64,000 nt of DNA. It comes from an uncultured Actinomycetota bacterium (GTDB lineage: Bacteria > Actinomycetota > Actinomycetes > JAFAQI01). Shown here piece after piece: positions 1 to 9,151 of this stretch. The position numbers and the translations under genes are program-made. The stretch's first letter is position 1; every line of letters starts with the position of its first letter. The notes below the pieces were generated by a model. The model did not search any database and had not been told where the DNA came from. It was given only the letters and a program-made list of their open reading frames with translations. The DNA is taken from assembly GCA_963770565.1 (NCBI GenBank), contig CAVYQE010000002.1, forward strand, positions 736,001-800,000, given 5' to 3'.

Positions 1-1
1 C

Positions 2-1384
2 GCGTTCATCGCGGCGCTGACCGGCATCCTGATCGCGCCGCAGATCCAGTTCACGCCGTTCGAGCTGACGCTCGTCGTGCTCGAGACTTTCGCGGTGCCG
101 GTCATCGCGGGCCTAACCAACGTGCCGGTCGCGATCCTCGCCGGTCTAGCGCTCGGAATCGGGTCGAGCGAGATGTCGCTGTTCTCGCCGACCGGCCAGG
201 CGCTTCAGATCTGGGACGCACTCCAGGCCAACCTGCCGGTCGTAGCCTTGCTGGCCGCGCTGCTGGTGCGAAACCGCTTCGCCGGCACCGGTGTCGACGC
301 CGGCACCACGGCGTCGTTTGCCAGGCGGCGGGCCACCGAGTTCAGCCCGCGGTGGCGGGTCGGGATGTATACGGTCGCATCGGTGGCGCTGCTCTGCCCA
401 TTGCTGTTCAGCGACAGCAATCTGCGCCAGGCCCAACAGATCCCGGCCCTCGCAGTGATCTTCACCTCGATCGTCGCCGTTACCGGCTACAGCGGGCAGA
501 TCTCGCTCGGTCAAGCCGGGTACGCCGGGCTCGGTGCCTTGCTGTTCGGGCGGTTCAGCACCAGCACGCCCGAGCTGATCGCGTTGCTCTGCGCGGCGCT
601 CGCAGCGGGCGCGGTCGGGTTCCTGACCGGCTACCCGGCGATCCGCCGCCGCGGATTGTTCCTCGCTTTGACGACCTTCGCGGTCGGCACCTTCGTCAGC
701 CGGTTCGTGTTCCAGCAGCCGTACTTCACCAACGGGCTCCAGGTGCAGCGGCCATCGTTGTTCGGGCTGTCGCTGTCCGGCGACCGGGTTTTCTACGGCT
801 TCGAACTCGTGGTGCTCGGCCTCGTCTTCCTGATCATGACCAACCTGCGGTCAGGACCGATCGGGCGGGCCCTGATTGCGATCCGCGACAGCGAGCCCGG
901 TGCCGGATCGGTCGGCGTCGATATCCGCGCGCTGAAGGTGTTCATCTTCACGGTGTCGGCGGTCATCGCCGGAATCGGCGGCGGCTTGCTCGTGCAGCAA
1001 GGCGGTGCGTTCTCCGCCGACGCGTTCGACCCGCTCGCCTCGAGCATTCCGTGGTTTGCCGTCGTGGTGGTGTTCGGCGCCGACAGCGCCGCGGGCGCGG
1101 TTCTCGGCGCGGCCCTCGTCGTACTGATCAACTCGCTGACCTCGAACCCGGACGCCTACCAGATCGTGATCGGCGCGTTCGCGACCTTCATCGGCTTGCT
1201 TCCCGGCGGCGTCTCCGACGCCGCGCGCCGGCTGGTGGTCTGGCTGCTGCATCCGGCCGCGCTCGTGCGCCGGTACGAAGCAACGGTGCCGGCCGGCCGG
1301 CCTCCGCCGGTGCTGAGCGCACGGGGCTTGCACGCCCGCGAGCGGATCCAGGCGGGCAACGCCGCACGGGCGGCGAGCCGATGA
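2..1384 (+). CDS. Branched-chain amino acid ABC transporter permease (fused LivH/LivM type), 5'-truncated by the window edge
   Basis: Open from base 2; many TM segments; GYSGQISLGQAG and GRALIAIRDSE..A..VG LivM motifs. Confidence 0.85.
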   Translation, partial: AFIAALTGILIAPQIQFTPFELTLVVLETFAVPVIAGLTNVPVAILAGLALGIGSSEMSLFSPTGQALQIWDALQANLPVVALLAALLVRNRFAGTGVDAGTTASFARRRATEFSPRWRVGMYTVASVALLCPLLFSDSNLRQAQQIPALAVIFTSIVAVTGYSGQISLGQAGYAGLGALLFGRFSTSTPELIALLCAALAAGAVGFLTGYPAIRRRGLFLALTTFAVGTFVSRFVFQQPYFTNGLQVQRPSLFGLSLSGDRVFYGFELVVLGLVFLIMTNLRSGPIGRALIAIRDSEPGAGSVGVDIRALKVFIFTVSAVIAGIGGGLLVQQGGAFSADAFDPLASSIPWFAVVVVFGADSAAGAVLGAALVVLINSLTSNPDAYQIVIGAFATFIGLLPGGVSDAARRLVVWLLHPAALVRRYEATVPAGRPPPVLSARGLHARERIQAGNAARAASR

Positions 1385-2184
1385 CCGCCGCGACCACCGG
1401 CCACCTCGAAGGCCTGGGCATCGTCAAGCGCTTCGGCGGGCTCACTGCGCTCGACGATGTCTCGGTCGAGACCGAGGCCGGCACGATCACAGCCTTGATC
1501 GGCCCGAACGGAGCCGGCAAGACCACGCTGTTCCAATGCCTCACCGGCGTCGAGCAACCCGACGACGGCCGGGTCAAGCTCAACGGCGTCGACATCACCG
1601 GTCGCAGTCCGGACGCACGGGCCCGGCTCGGGATCGGTCGCACCTTCCAGCGACTCGCCATCTTCGAGACGATGACGGTGGCCGACAACCTGCTGGTCGG
1701 CGCCGAGAACCGTACGACGGCAGGGGTTCTGCACCGGGTCGGGGGCATGCTCGCCGGCCTGATCGGCGTCACGATCGGCGACCAGCGGTCGCACGTCCGC
1801 CGGGTCGACGAGGTCATTGGCCTGCTCGGTCTCGATTCGGTACGCAACTCCGCGGCCGGCACGCTGTCAACCGGTACGTTGCGGCTGGTCGAACTCGGTC
1901 GCGCCCTGTGTCACGACCCCCAGGTGCTATTGCTCGACGAACCGGCGAGTGGCCTGGACAGCAGCGAGATCGCGAACCTGCAGCGCACGTTGCGCGCGGT
2001 GGCCGCGCGCGGGGTGGCCGTCCTCCTCGTCGAGCACGATGTCGCGCTGGTGTTCGACCTGGCCGACCGCGTCTACGCGATCGCCGCCGGGCAGCTGATC
2101 GCGACCGGCGGGCCGGCCGCGGTTCGCGCCGATCCAGCCGTGCGAGAGGCCTACCTCGACGTCGAGTCGGCGAGCGGCGGATGA
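1381..2184 (+). CDS. ABC ATP-binding protein, LivG-like
   Basis: ATGA overlap with the permease; KRFGGL, Walker A GPNGAGKTT, RTFQ, LLLDEP, VEHD. Confidence 0.9.
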   Translation: MTAATTGHLEGLGIVKRFGGLTALDDVSVETEAGTITALIGPNGAGKTTLFQCLTGVEQPDDGRVKLNGVDITGRSPDARARLGIGRTFQRLAIFETMTVADNLLVGAENRTTAGVLHRVGGMLAGLIGVTIGDQRSHVRRVDEVIGLLGLDSVRNSAAGTLSTGTLRLVELGRALCHDPQVLLLDEPASGLDSSEIANLQRTLRAVAARGVAVLLVEHDVALVFDLADRVYAIAAGQLIATGGPAAVRADPAVREAYLDVESASGG

Positions 2185-2855
2185 GCGTCGAGCTCTCGCT
2201 TCGCGAAGTCCGCGCCGGCTACGGACCGGTCGAGGTTGTGCACGGCATCAGCCTTGACGTCCCGCACGGCGCGCTGACCGCGATCCTCGGCGCCAATGGC
2301 GCCGGCAAGACGACCCTGCTGTCGGTGATTGCCGGACTGTTGCCGATCCGCTCCGGCTCGATCCGGTGGAACGCTGCCTCCATCGCGGGTCTGGCCCCGC
2401 ACGAGCGGGCCGAGGCCGGCATGCTGCTCATCCCGGAGCGGCGCGGGGTGTTCCCTGCGCTCTCCGTTCGCGACAACCTCGAGGTGTTCTCACACTCCCG
2501 GCAAGGCTGGGATGGTGCATTCGCCGCGTTTCCGGTGTTGCGCGACCGGCTCGACCAGCCAGCCGGCCTGCTCTCGGGGGGCGAGCAGCAGATGCTGGCG
2601 ATGTCCCGCGCGCTGCTCCGGTCGCCGAAGTTGCTGCTCCTCGACGAGATCTCGCACGGACTCGCGCCGCGAGTGACCCGCCAGCTCTTCGATGTCGTTG
2701 CCGACCTCGCCCGCCGGGGCACCACCGTCGTACTGGTCGAGCAGCATCTGTCCGACGCGTTGCGGATGGCTGACGTGGTCTTCCTGCTGAGCCGCGGCGA
2801 GGTCGCGTTCGCCGGCGAGCCCGGGGAGCTGTCCGGGTCGTCGCTGACCGGCTAG
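2181..2855 (+). CDS. ABC ATP-binding protein, LivF-like
   Basis: GANGAGKTT, LSGGEQQMLA, LLLDE, VEQ; ATGA overlap. Confidence 0.9.
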   Translation: MSVELSLREVRAGYGPVEVVHGISLDVPHGALTAILGANGAGKTTLLSVIAGLLPIRSGSIRWNAASIAGLAPHERAEAGMLLIPERRGVFPALSVRDNLEVFSHSRQGWDGAFAAFPVLRDRLDQPAGLLSGGEQQMLAMSRALLRSPKLLLLDEISHGLAPRVTRQLFDVVADLARRGTTVVLVEQHLSDALRMADVVFLLSRGEVAFAGEPGELSGSSLTG

Positions 2856-2864
2856 CCGAAGAGT

Positions 2865-4235
2865 TCAGTTGGCCGGGTAGCTGAAGTTCGGCACCCGGAA
2901 GCAGTTCGTGTCCATGTTGGGCACCTGGGTGACCCAGGCGTCCTTGGAGCTGACCCACCGCGCGACGTTGATGCAGTCGCGGACGGTCTTGGGCTCGACG
3001 GTGTCATCGGTGAACTTGCGCGGCGTGAGCAGGCCGTCACCGTCGTACGGCTGGCTTCGGGTCATGAACTGCTCGAGGCAGGTCCTGGTCAGGGCGCCCC
3101 CACAGCTGTCGGCCGCATCGGCGAACCAGAGTCCGCCGGCCCATCCCTCAAGCGCCCACTCCGAGAGCTGCTTCGAGCCACCGTCGCCGTCCGCGGACAT
3201 CTGCTGGCGGAAAAGGGCGACTTGGTGATACTTCGTGTCCTCGAAGCTGCGGGTGTTGCCGGTGACCCACAACTCGTTGCGGCACTTGGGCGACGAGGCG
3301 TAGTTGGCGTTCACCGACTGGTTCCAGGCCTGCGTGGTGAGCACCTTCGCGGTCAGCGTCACGTCGTTGTCATCGAGGGCATTGCAGAGCCGCTGGTTGC
3401 CGCCGTTGTCCAGCGCGTCGTACACGTACTGCACGCCGGCGTGCTTGAACGCGATCGCGATGCTGTTGTAGTCGGGCAGCGCGAAGTTCACCACCTTCAC
3501 CACGACGGTGTAGCCCTCGAGGCGTAGGCCTTGCGCGATGCTGTTGCCGAAACGCTCGGAGTCCGACTGGTTGTATTCGACGACACCCGCCTTGAGTGGC
3601 ACCTGCGGGAACTTCACCTTGAAGTAGTGGTAGACCTCGGTGCCGCCGAAGAGCTGGCCGTGCAAGCCGGGCTGGCCGTTGCGCGGGTATGACTCGCCGT
3701 AGATGTCGAAGAGGTTCCGGTAGGTGTTGTAAGCGTTGTCGATCGGCTGACCGCCGACGTCGGGCACATTCTGGGCGTTGACGAACGAGGCACCGGCATA
3801 GTCGATTGCTGCGTTCGAGACGAGGGCGAAGACGTGGTCTTTTTGGATCAGCGTGTGCACGCAGACGTTGTTCTCGATCGAGGAGCCCTGGTCGTCGCAG
3901 GTGCGCAGCACGAGCTGCCGGCCGTGCACCCCTCCGTTCGCGTTGGTGTAGCGGACGAACGCCTGCAACCCCAACGTCGGACCGACGAAGGACTGCGGGT
4001 CGAACGGGTTGGTAACGCTGGCGATCTGGCCGATTGTGATCGTCGTCGGGGTGACCCCGACGTCGGATGCGGTGTTGCCGGTCGTCGGAGTCGGGCTGGC
4101 GCTCGTGCCGGTTGTCGGCGATCCGCTCGGGTGTTGCTGGCCGGTGAACGCACTGTCGGGCAGCCGGGTGCCGCAGGCCGCGAGGGCAGACAGCGCCGCT
4201 GCCAGCGCCACCGCCGAACGCACGCGCCGCATCAC
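2865..4235 (-). CDS. Leu/Ile/Val-type (Peripla_BP_6-like) substrate-binding lipoprotein
   Basis: Lipobox LAAC; SDVGVT..TITIG; NANGGVHGRQLVL..DD motif. Confidence 0.85.
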   Translation of the reverse strand: MMRRVRSAVALAAALSALAACGTRLPDSAFTGQQHPSGSPTTGTSASPTPTTGNTASDVGVTPTTITIGQIASVTNPFDPQSFVGPTLGLQAFVRYTNANGGVHGRQLVLRTCDDQGSSIENNVCVHTLIQKDHVFALVSNAAIDYAGASFVNAQNVPDVGGQPIDNAYNTYRNLFDIYGESYPRNGQPGLHGQLFGGTEVYHYFKVKFPQVPLKAGVVEYNQSDSERFGNSIAQGLRLEGYTVVVKVVNFALPDYNSIAIAFKHAGVQYVYDALDNGGNQRLCNALDDNDVTLTAKVLTTQAWNQSVNANYASSPKCRNELWVTGNTRSFEDTKYHQVALFRQQMSADGDGGSKQLSEWALEGWAGGLWFADAADSCGGALTRTCLEQFMTRSQPYDGDGLLTPRKFTDDTVEPKTVRDCINVARWVSSKDAWVTQVPNMDTNCFRVPNFSYPAN

Positions 4236-4693
4236 GGCGCCTTCGGCGTGATCTCGATCCGGTCAAGCAGGTCGTGCAGCCGCTCCATTCCCAACCCGAC
4301 CGCGAACCACACCGGCGCGTACGCCGGGCGGACCAGTCCTCGCCAATGAGCCGGCTCGGCCTTTCGTCCTCGCGGCCGCGAGTAGTCCCACGGCACCTCG
4401 CCGGTGACCACGCGCAGAACCTCGCCACTCGCCGCCTCAACCGCGTAGATGCCCGTCGTCCACGCCAGCCCGCGTTGCCACCACGGCCGGCCGCCTCGGC
4501 GGGCCGCGTCGTACGCCGGTTCGAACAACACGGCGGCAGAGGCGTAGACCGGCAGCATCCAGGCGTACGTCGTACCGGTCAGCCGCCAGTCGCCGTCGCG
4601 ACCCGGGCTCCGGATCGCGGTCGTGACCACCTCGCTGCACCAGCCGGCCAAGCCGTAGGCCAAGGCCCGCTGTCCTCGAGTAAGCCGGCTCAT
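4232..4693 (-). CDS. CmpB/TMEM229-family small membrane protein
   Basis: MSRLTRG start overlapping the upstream stop; GWCSEV, G.TY.WM.PVY, E..SG, PWDYS, GLVR..YAPVW motifs. Confidence 0.7.
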   Translation of the reverse strand: MSRLTRGQRALAYGLAGWCSEVVTTAIRSPGRDGDWRLTGTTYAWMLPVYASAAVLFEPAYDAARRGGRPWWQRGLAWTTGIYAVEAASGEVLRVVTGEVPWDYSRPRGRKAEPAHWRGLVRPAYAPVWFAVGLGMERLHDLLDRIEITPKAP

Positions 4694-6072
4694 CCGCCCA
4701 TCATCGCCGCTGGCGCCATCCGGCGGCGGCGCGCCACGACGATCGGGGCGGTTGCGAGCGCGGCAGCCGCGAACGAGAGCAGCGACGCGCTCATCCACGA
4801 CTGGACACTCAGGTGCAGCCAGCCGTCGACATCGGTCCACATCCGGGCCCACCAGCCACCGGCGCTCGGCTCGATCAGCTGGTAGACGACGAAGCCGAGC
4901 AGCCAGGGCGCAACAGTGCCGAGGCGCGCAGGCGCGGCCAGGCTCACGTCCCAGGTGTGGAGTCGGCGGGTCGCGTAGTAGTCGACCAGGAAAACGGCGG
5001 TCAGTGGGACGAGAACCGAGGCAAGCAGCAGCAGGAAGTTGATGTAGTTGTTGATGTTCAACGCCAGCGCGCCGACCGTCGCGAACCCGCAGACGGCTGC
5101 TGTGAACAGCCGCCGGTCGATTCGCGGCCAAACGTTCTGCAACGACACCACTGCCGAATAGCCGTCGGCGAAGGACTCGTCGAGCTCACGCAGGACGAGC
5201 ACGCCGAAAGCCAGCCAGCCGACCGGCACCGCGATGAATGCGCCGAACATGTCGTGCTGGAGGTTGCCGTCGCTGGCGCGCACGACGGTCGCGAGCGCCA
5301 CCAGGCCGAGTGCGTATCCGGCGACCTGGGTGACGGTGTAGCCGATCATCGCGCCGCCGAAGGCACTGCGCGGCGAGCGGCTGTGCCGGGTGTAGTCGCT
5401 CGCCAGCGGCGCCCACGACACCGCGACCGCGATCGCGACGTCCGCGCCGGCCCAGAAGCCGGTCCACGAGCCGTGGGTGAGTGACGGCATCGGGTGGCGC
5501 AGCAGCTGGACGAACAGATACGTCGTCGTGACCACCACCGCGCCGAGGGCATAGCGCCGCAGGATGCGGACCGCACCGAGCGGCCGGATCGTCATGGCCG
5601 CGGTGAGCAAGCCGGCGATGACGACGTACGGCCAGCGGTGAGCATGCCAGGGCAGCAGCTGCTGGGCCGCCGAGGCAATGACGACGATCTCGAAGACGGT
5701 CCAGCCGAGTAGCTGCAGGACGTTGACCGTGGTCGGCAGATAGGACAGCCGCCGGCCGAACAATCCGCGCATCAAGACCATCGACGGCGCGCCGGTCTGC
5801 GCGCCCGGCACGGCCGCTGCGGCGATCAGCAGCGAGCCGAAGACCGTGCCGACCACGACTGCGAGCCCGGCCGCAAGGAACGACAAGCGCGGGCCGCCGA
5901 CCTCGGGCGCCAGCACGCTGACCGCGCCGACCGGCGCGAGGATGGTGACCCCGAGGTTGCCCCACAACCCGAGTTGGTCGAGCCACCCGAGCACCTTCGG
6001 CGCCGGCTCGGCGAGGGTGAGTGGCACCTCGCCGCGGGTTGCACGCGGTCCACCCTCGACAGTCGCGGTCAT
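4690..6072 (-). CDS. NCS1 purine-cytosine permease family transporter, probably CytX-like hydroxymethylpyrimidine/thiamine-precursor transporter
   Basis: About 12 TM segments; PGAQTGAPSMVLMRGLFG, SWAPLASDYTR; TPP riboswitch directly upstream. Confidence 0.85.
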   Translation of the reverse strand: MTATVEGGPRATRGEVPLTLAEPAPKVLGWLDQLGLWGNLGVTILAPVGAVSVLAPEVGGPRLSFLAAGLAVVVGTVFGSLLIAAAAVPGAQTGAPSMVLMRGLFGRRLSYLPTTVNVLQLLGWTVFEIVVIASAAQQLLPWHAHRWPYVVIAGLLTAAMTIRPLGAVRILRRYALGAVVVTTTYLFVQLLRHPMPSLTHGSWTGFWAGADVAIAVAVSWAPLASDYTRHSRSPRSAFGGAMIGYTVTQVAGYALGLVALATVVRASDGNLQHDMFGAFIAVPVGWLAFGVLVLRELDESFADGYSAVVSLQNVWPRIDRRLFTAAVCGFATVGALALNINNYINFLLLLASVLVPLTAVFLVDYYATRRLHTWDVSLAAPARLGTVAPWLLGFVVYQLIEPSAGGWWARMWTDVDGWLHLSVQSWMSASLLSFAAAALATAPIVVARRRRMAPAAMMGG

Positions 6073-6077
6073 CGGCC

Positions 6078-6168
6078 CACTTCCTACGCCGGCATGATCC
6101 GGTTCAGGTACGGCGGTCGGCGACCGGTAGTCGCCCTCTCAGCCCAGTCGCCCGGACTCCCGCGTGTC
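6078..6168 (-). ncRNA. TPP riboswitch
   Basis: Minus strand reads GGGAGTCC...GGCTGAGAG...GACCGCCGTACCTGAACCGGATCATGCCGGCGTAGGAAG, the THI-box pattern; abuts the RBS and start of the NCS1 gene. Confidence 0.92.
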
Positions 6169-6216
6169 AGGCCCGACTGTACGCCGCCCCGCCTGCCTCC
6201 TTTCCAAGCGATGCGG

Positions 6217-6549
6217 TCAGTCGACGTCGGGCGGCTGCCCGTTCTCACTCACCAACGGGCGGCCGGCGGCCGCCCACGCGGGCATACCGCCGACCAGCTT
6301 TCGGCCGGCGTACCCGTGCTCGTTCAGCAAGGCGGTCGAGCGGGTCGATCGACCGCCGCCGTGGCAGACGACGACCACGTCCCGGTCGTTCGGGACCTCG
6401 GCCAGCCGGTCGGCGAGCTGATCCGCGGGCACGTGCAGCGCGCCCGGCGCGTGGCCGGCGGCCCATTCCTCGGGTCCGCGCACGTCGAGCAGCACCACAT
6501 CCTCGGGCAGGTCGCCCGCGGCAATCAGCGGAACATCGTCTGGCTGCAT
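6217..6549 (-). CDS. Rhodanese-like domain protein
   Basis: LLDVR..EEWAAGHAPGA; VCHGGGRS active loop. Confidence 0.9.
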   Translation of the reverse strand: MQPDDVPLIAAGDLPEDVVLLDVRGPEEWAAGHAPGALHVPADQLADRLAEVPNDRDVVVVCHGGGRSTRSTALLNEHGYAGRKLVGGMPAWAAAGRPLVSENGQPPDVD

Positions 6550-6567
6550 GCCCAGAGTCTGGCCCAG

Positions 6568-6664
6568 CCCGCCCTAAGCGATGTCACATTGCCCCGCACT
6601 TCGTGGGGGGAATGTGACTTCACCCCGCGGTTTCCCGGGGCAATGTGACATTGCTTTGGGCGGG
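6568..6664. repeat. Intergenic 29-bp inverted repeat with a partial internal third copy (REP/MITE-like)
   Basis: 6568-6596 CCCGCCCTAAGCGATGTCACATTGCCCCG against the reverse complement of 6636-6664: 27/29 identical; internal GGGGAATGTGAC near 6607-6618. Confidence 0.7.
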
Positions 6665-6672
6665 TCAGCCGA

Positions 6673-8136
6673 TCACCTGGCCGTGAAGGCGAGCTCGGGG
6701 ACGAAGCGGGCGGCATCGACCGTGCCCACACCTGACGCGAGGTCGTAACCCCGGCCGGCGCTGAAGCCCGGCACCGTGTAGAGCGTCGAGTTCTGGGTGA
6801 AGGACACAGTGTTGTTGCCCGTGGTCACGTCGACCAGGCCCGACGCACGGTGCGCGGACAGCGCGTACAACGCCGGGTTGATCAGGCCGAGCGAGTGGTG
6901 GGCCACCTGGTCCGCCATCGCCACGATCCCCGCGAACATCGGCGTCGCCTCGCTGGTACCGCAGTACACATACCAGCCGGGACCGCCCGAGCCCGCGAAA
7001 CTCTGGTAGGCGTCGACCATCCCAGAGCACGCACCGCTCATCGAGATGTCCGGCACCCCGCGATGCCGCCCGGTCACCCGGGCAACGCCGTTCTGGTACC
7101 AGGGCCGCGGGAAGATCACTGACTTCCCTCCGCCGCCAGCGAGCGCGTTCGGGCCATCGTCGCCGAAGAAGACCTCGTTCAGCGAGGTGTTGTAGGTGTC
7201 GTTCCAGACCTGGTCCGGCGCGGTGCGGTTCCCGTTCGCGTCGAGCTGCAGTTGAGTGCCTCCGACGCCCGTGACGAGCGGGTCGCTCGGCGGCCAGGAC
7301 GTCACGGGATGGGTGAAGAAGTTTGTGGCCGACGGGTCCGTGTAGTCGGTGGACCCCGCATCACCGGACGCCGCTAGCACGGTCACGTGGTGGAAGAAGG
7401 CGTTGAAGTATGCGCCGCGGAGCGCCAGTAGAGACTGCGCGTTCGGGAAACTCTCCTCGGTCGCGCCGAAGCTCTGGCTGATGACATCGCCGAGGTGATG
7501 GTTGATCACGTAGTTCTCTGCCTGGACGATCTCCGGGAAGCCTGCGGTGCCCTCGGTCTCCGAGACCGGGGTCTCGACCAGCAGGATGTTCGCGCCGGGC
7601 GCGATCGCGTGCGACCACTCGACGTCCAAGGTGGTCTCGCCCGCCCAGTCGACGTCCCCGTTGGCGTCCGTCGGGTCGTACGGCGGAATCGGACCGGCCG
7701 GCGTAATGATCTTGAACGACGGCGGCGCGGGCAGGCCCAGCTCCGAATCGAAGGTGGCCAGGTCGGCCGTGATCGTGGGCGACCCGAACGAATCGACGAT
7801 CACGATGGTCTTGCCACGGCCGTTGATCCCATGGGCAAACAGCGGCTGCTCGTCGTACGCCGTTTGAATCTGGGCGGCGTCGTAACAGGGGACGGTGAAC
7901 GCAGCGACACAGTCGGCCGAGGTCGGCGGCTGCGCGACCGTGGCTCGGCGACTGATCAGCATCGGCCGGATGGCGATCTTGGCCACCCCGGCATGGGCGG
8001 AGCCGAGCCCGACGCTCCTGGCGCCGACCACCCCTGGCGCAGCACCGGATCCCGCGACCGCCATCACCCCGACGACCGAGAGCGCTCCGACGCCCACCAT
8101 CGCGACTCTGCTCCTGGTCCACGTCCAGGCCTTCAT
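6673..8136 (-). CDS. Secreted S53 (sedolisin/kumamolisin) serine-carboxyl peptidase
   Basis: Signal peptide; ETTLDVE, SGDAG, RGVPDIS, GTSEATP, GYDLASGVGT. Confidence 0.88.
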   Translation of the reverse strand: MKAWTWTRSRVAMVGVGALSVVGVMAVAGSGAAPGVVGARSVGLGSAHAGVAKIAIRPMLISRRATVAQPPTSADCVAAFTVPCYDAAQIQTAYDEQPLFAHGINGRGKTIVIVDSFGSPTITADLATFDSELGLPAPPSFKIITPAGPIPPYDPTDANGDVDWAGETTLDVEWSHAIAPGANILLVETPVSETEGTAGFPEIVQAENYVINHHLGDVISQSFGATEESFPNAQSLLALRGAYFNAFFHHVTVLAASGDAGSTDYTDPSATNFFTHPVTSWPPSDPLVTGVGGTQLQLDANGNRTAPDQVWNDTYNTSLNEVFFGDDGPNALAGGGGKSVIFPRPWYQNGVARVTGRHRGVPDISMSGACSGMVDAYQSFAGSGGPGWYVYCGTSEATPMFAGIVAMADQVAHHSLGLINPALYALSAHRASGLVDVTTGNNTVSFTQNSTLYTVPGFSAGRGYDLASGVGTVDAARFVPELAFTAR

Positions 8137-8229
8137 CCGGTCTCCTCTCCACACCCCCGTGCAAACCTTCCTCACGGGTAGCGCAGTTGACAAGAGGTTC
8201 CAGGCAAGATGCCAGGTGCCGTGAGAGCG

Positions 8230-9090
8230 CTACTTGAGCAGGCGCGACAGCCGGCGATCCGCGAGCGGCTTGCCGCCGGTCTGGCAGGTCGGGCAGTAGT
8301 CGAGCGACGACGTGGCGAACGACACCTCACGAACGGTGTCGCCGCAGACCGGGCAGGGCTGCCCGGCCCGGCCGTGCACCCGCATACCGAGCTTCTTCTC
8401 CGCCTTCAGATCGGCGGCTTTGAGCCCGCTCGCGCGTTCGAGGGCGGTGCTCATCGTCTCGCGCAGCGCGTCGTACAAGACCGCTACCTCGCCCTCGTCG
8501 AGCGTCGAGGCGAGCCGGAACGGCGACATCTTGGCCACGTGGAGGATCTCGTCCGAGTAGGCGTTCCCGATCCCGGCGATGACCGACTGGTCGCGCAGAA
8601 CGCCCTTGAGTTGCGAGCGGTTGCCGGCCAGCAACGCGGCGAAGCGCTCCAGGGTGAAGTCCGAGGCCAGTGCGTCGGGGCCGAGCCGGGCGATGCCTTC
8701 GACATCGAGCGGATTGCGGACGACGTACACCGCAAGCCGCTTCTTCGTACCGGCCTCGGTGAGATCGAAGCCCGAGCCGTCGTCGAGGTGGACCCGCAGT
8801 GCGATCGGGCCCTTGCCCGGCTTCGGCGGAACGGGCGGCAAGGACTCCCGCCAATGCAGCCACCCGGCCCGCGACAGGTGCGCGATGAGGTGGAGCCCGT
8901 CGACGTCGAGGTCCAGAAACTTGCCGTGCCGTGCGGCGCCCGTGACCTGGAGCCCGGCGAGACCAGAGATTGGTGGGTCGAAGGTCTTCACGACGGCAAT
9001 CGACGCGACGTCGATCCGCGCCACGACGTGTCCCACCACGCGATCGGCCAAGAACTCGACCAGCGCCGCCACCTCGGGCATCTCAGGCAC
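8230..9090 (-). CDS. Fpg/Nei family DNA glycosylase
   Basis: N-terminal PEMPEV, RHGKFL, GIGNAYSDEILH (H2TH), C-terminal zinc finger CPVC...CPTCQ. Confidence 0.92.
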   Translation of the reverse strand: MPEMPEVAALVEFLADRVVGHVVARIDVASIAVVKTFDPPISGLAGLQVTGAARHGKFLDLDVDGLHLIAHLSRAGWLHWRESLPPVPPKPGKGPIALRVHLDDGSGFDLTEAGTKKRLAVYVVRNPLDVEGIARLGPDALASDFTLERFAALLAGNRSQLKGVLRDQSVIAGIGNAYSDEILHVAKMSPFRLASTLDEGEVAVLYDALRETMSTALERASGLKAADLKAEKKLGMRVHGRAGQPCPVCGDTVREVSFATSSLDYCPTCQTGGKPLADRRLSRLLK

Positions 9091-9151
9091 GCGATCAAGT
9101 CTGCCCTGCTGCGGGCATAAGGTGGTCGCCGCTACCACAGAGACGGACGTC

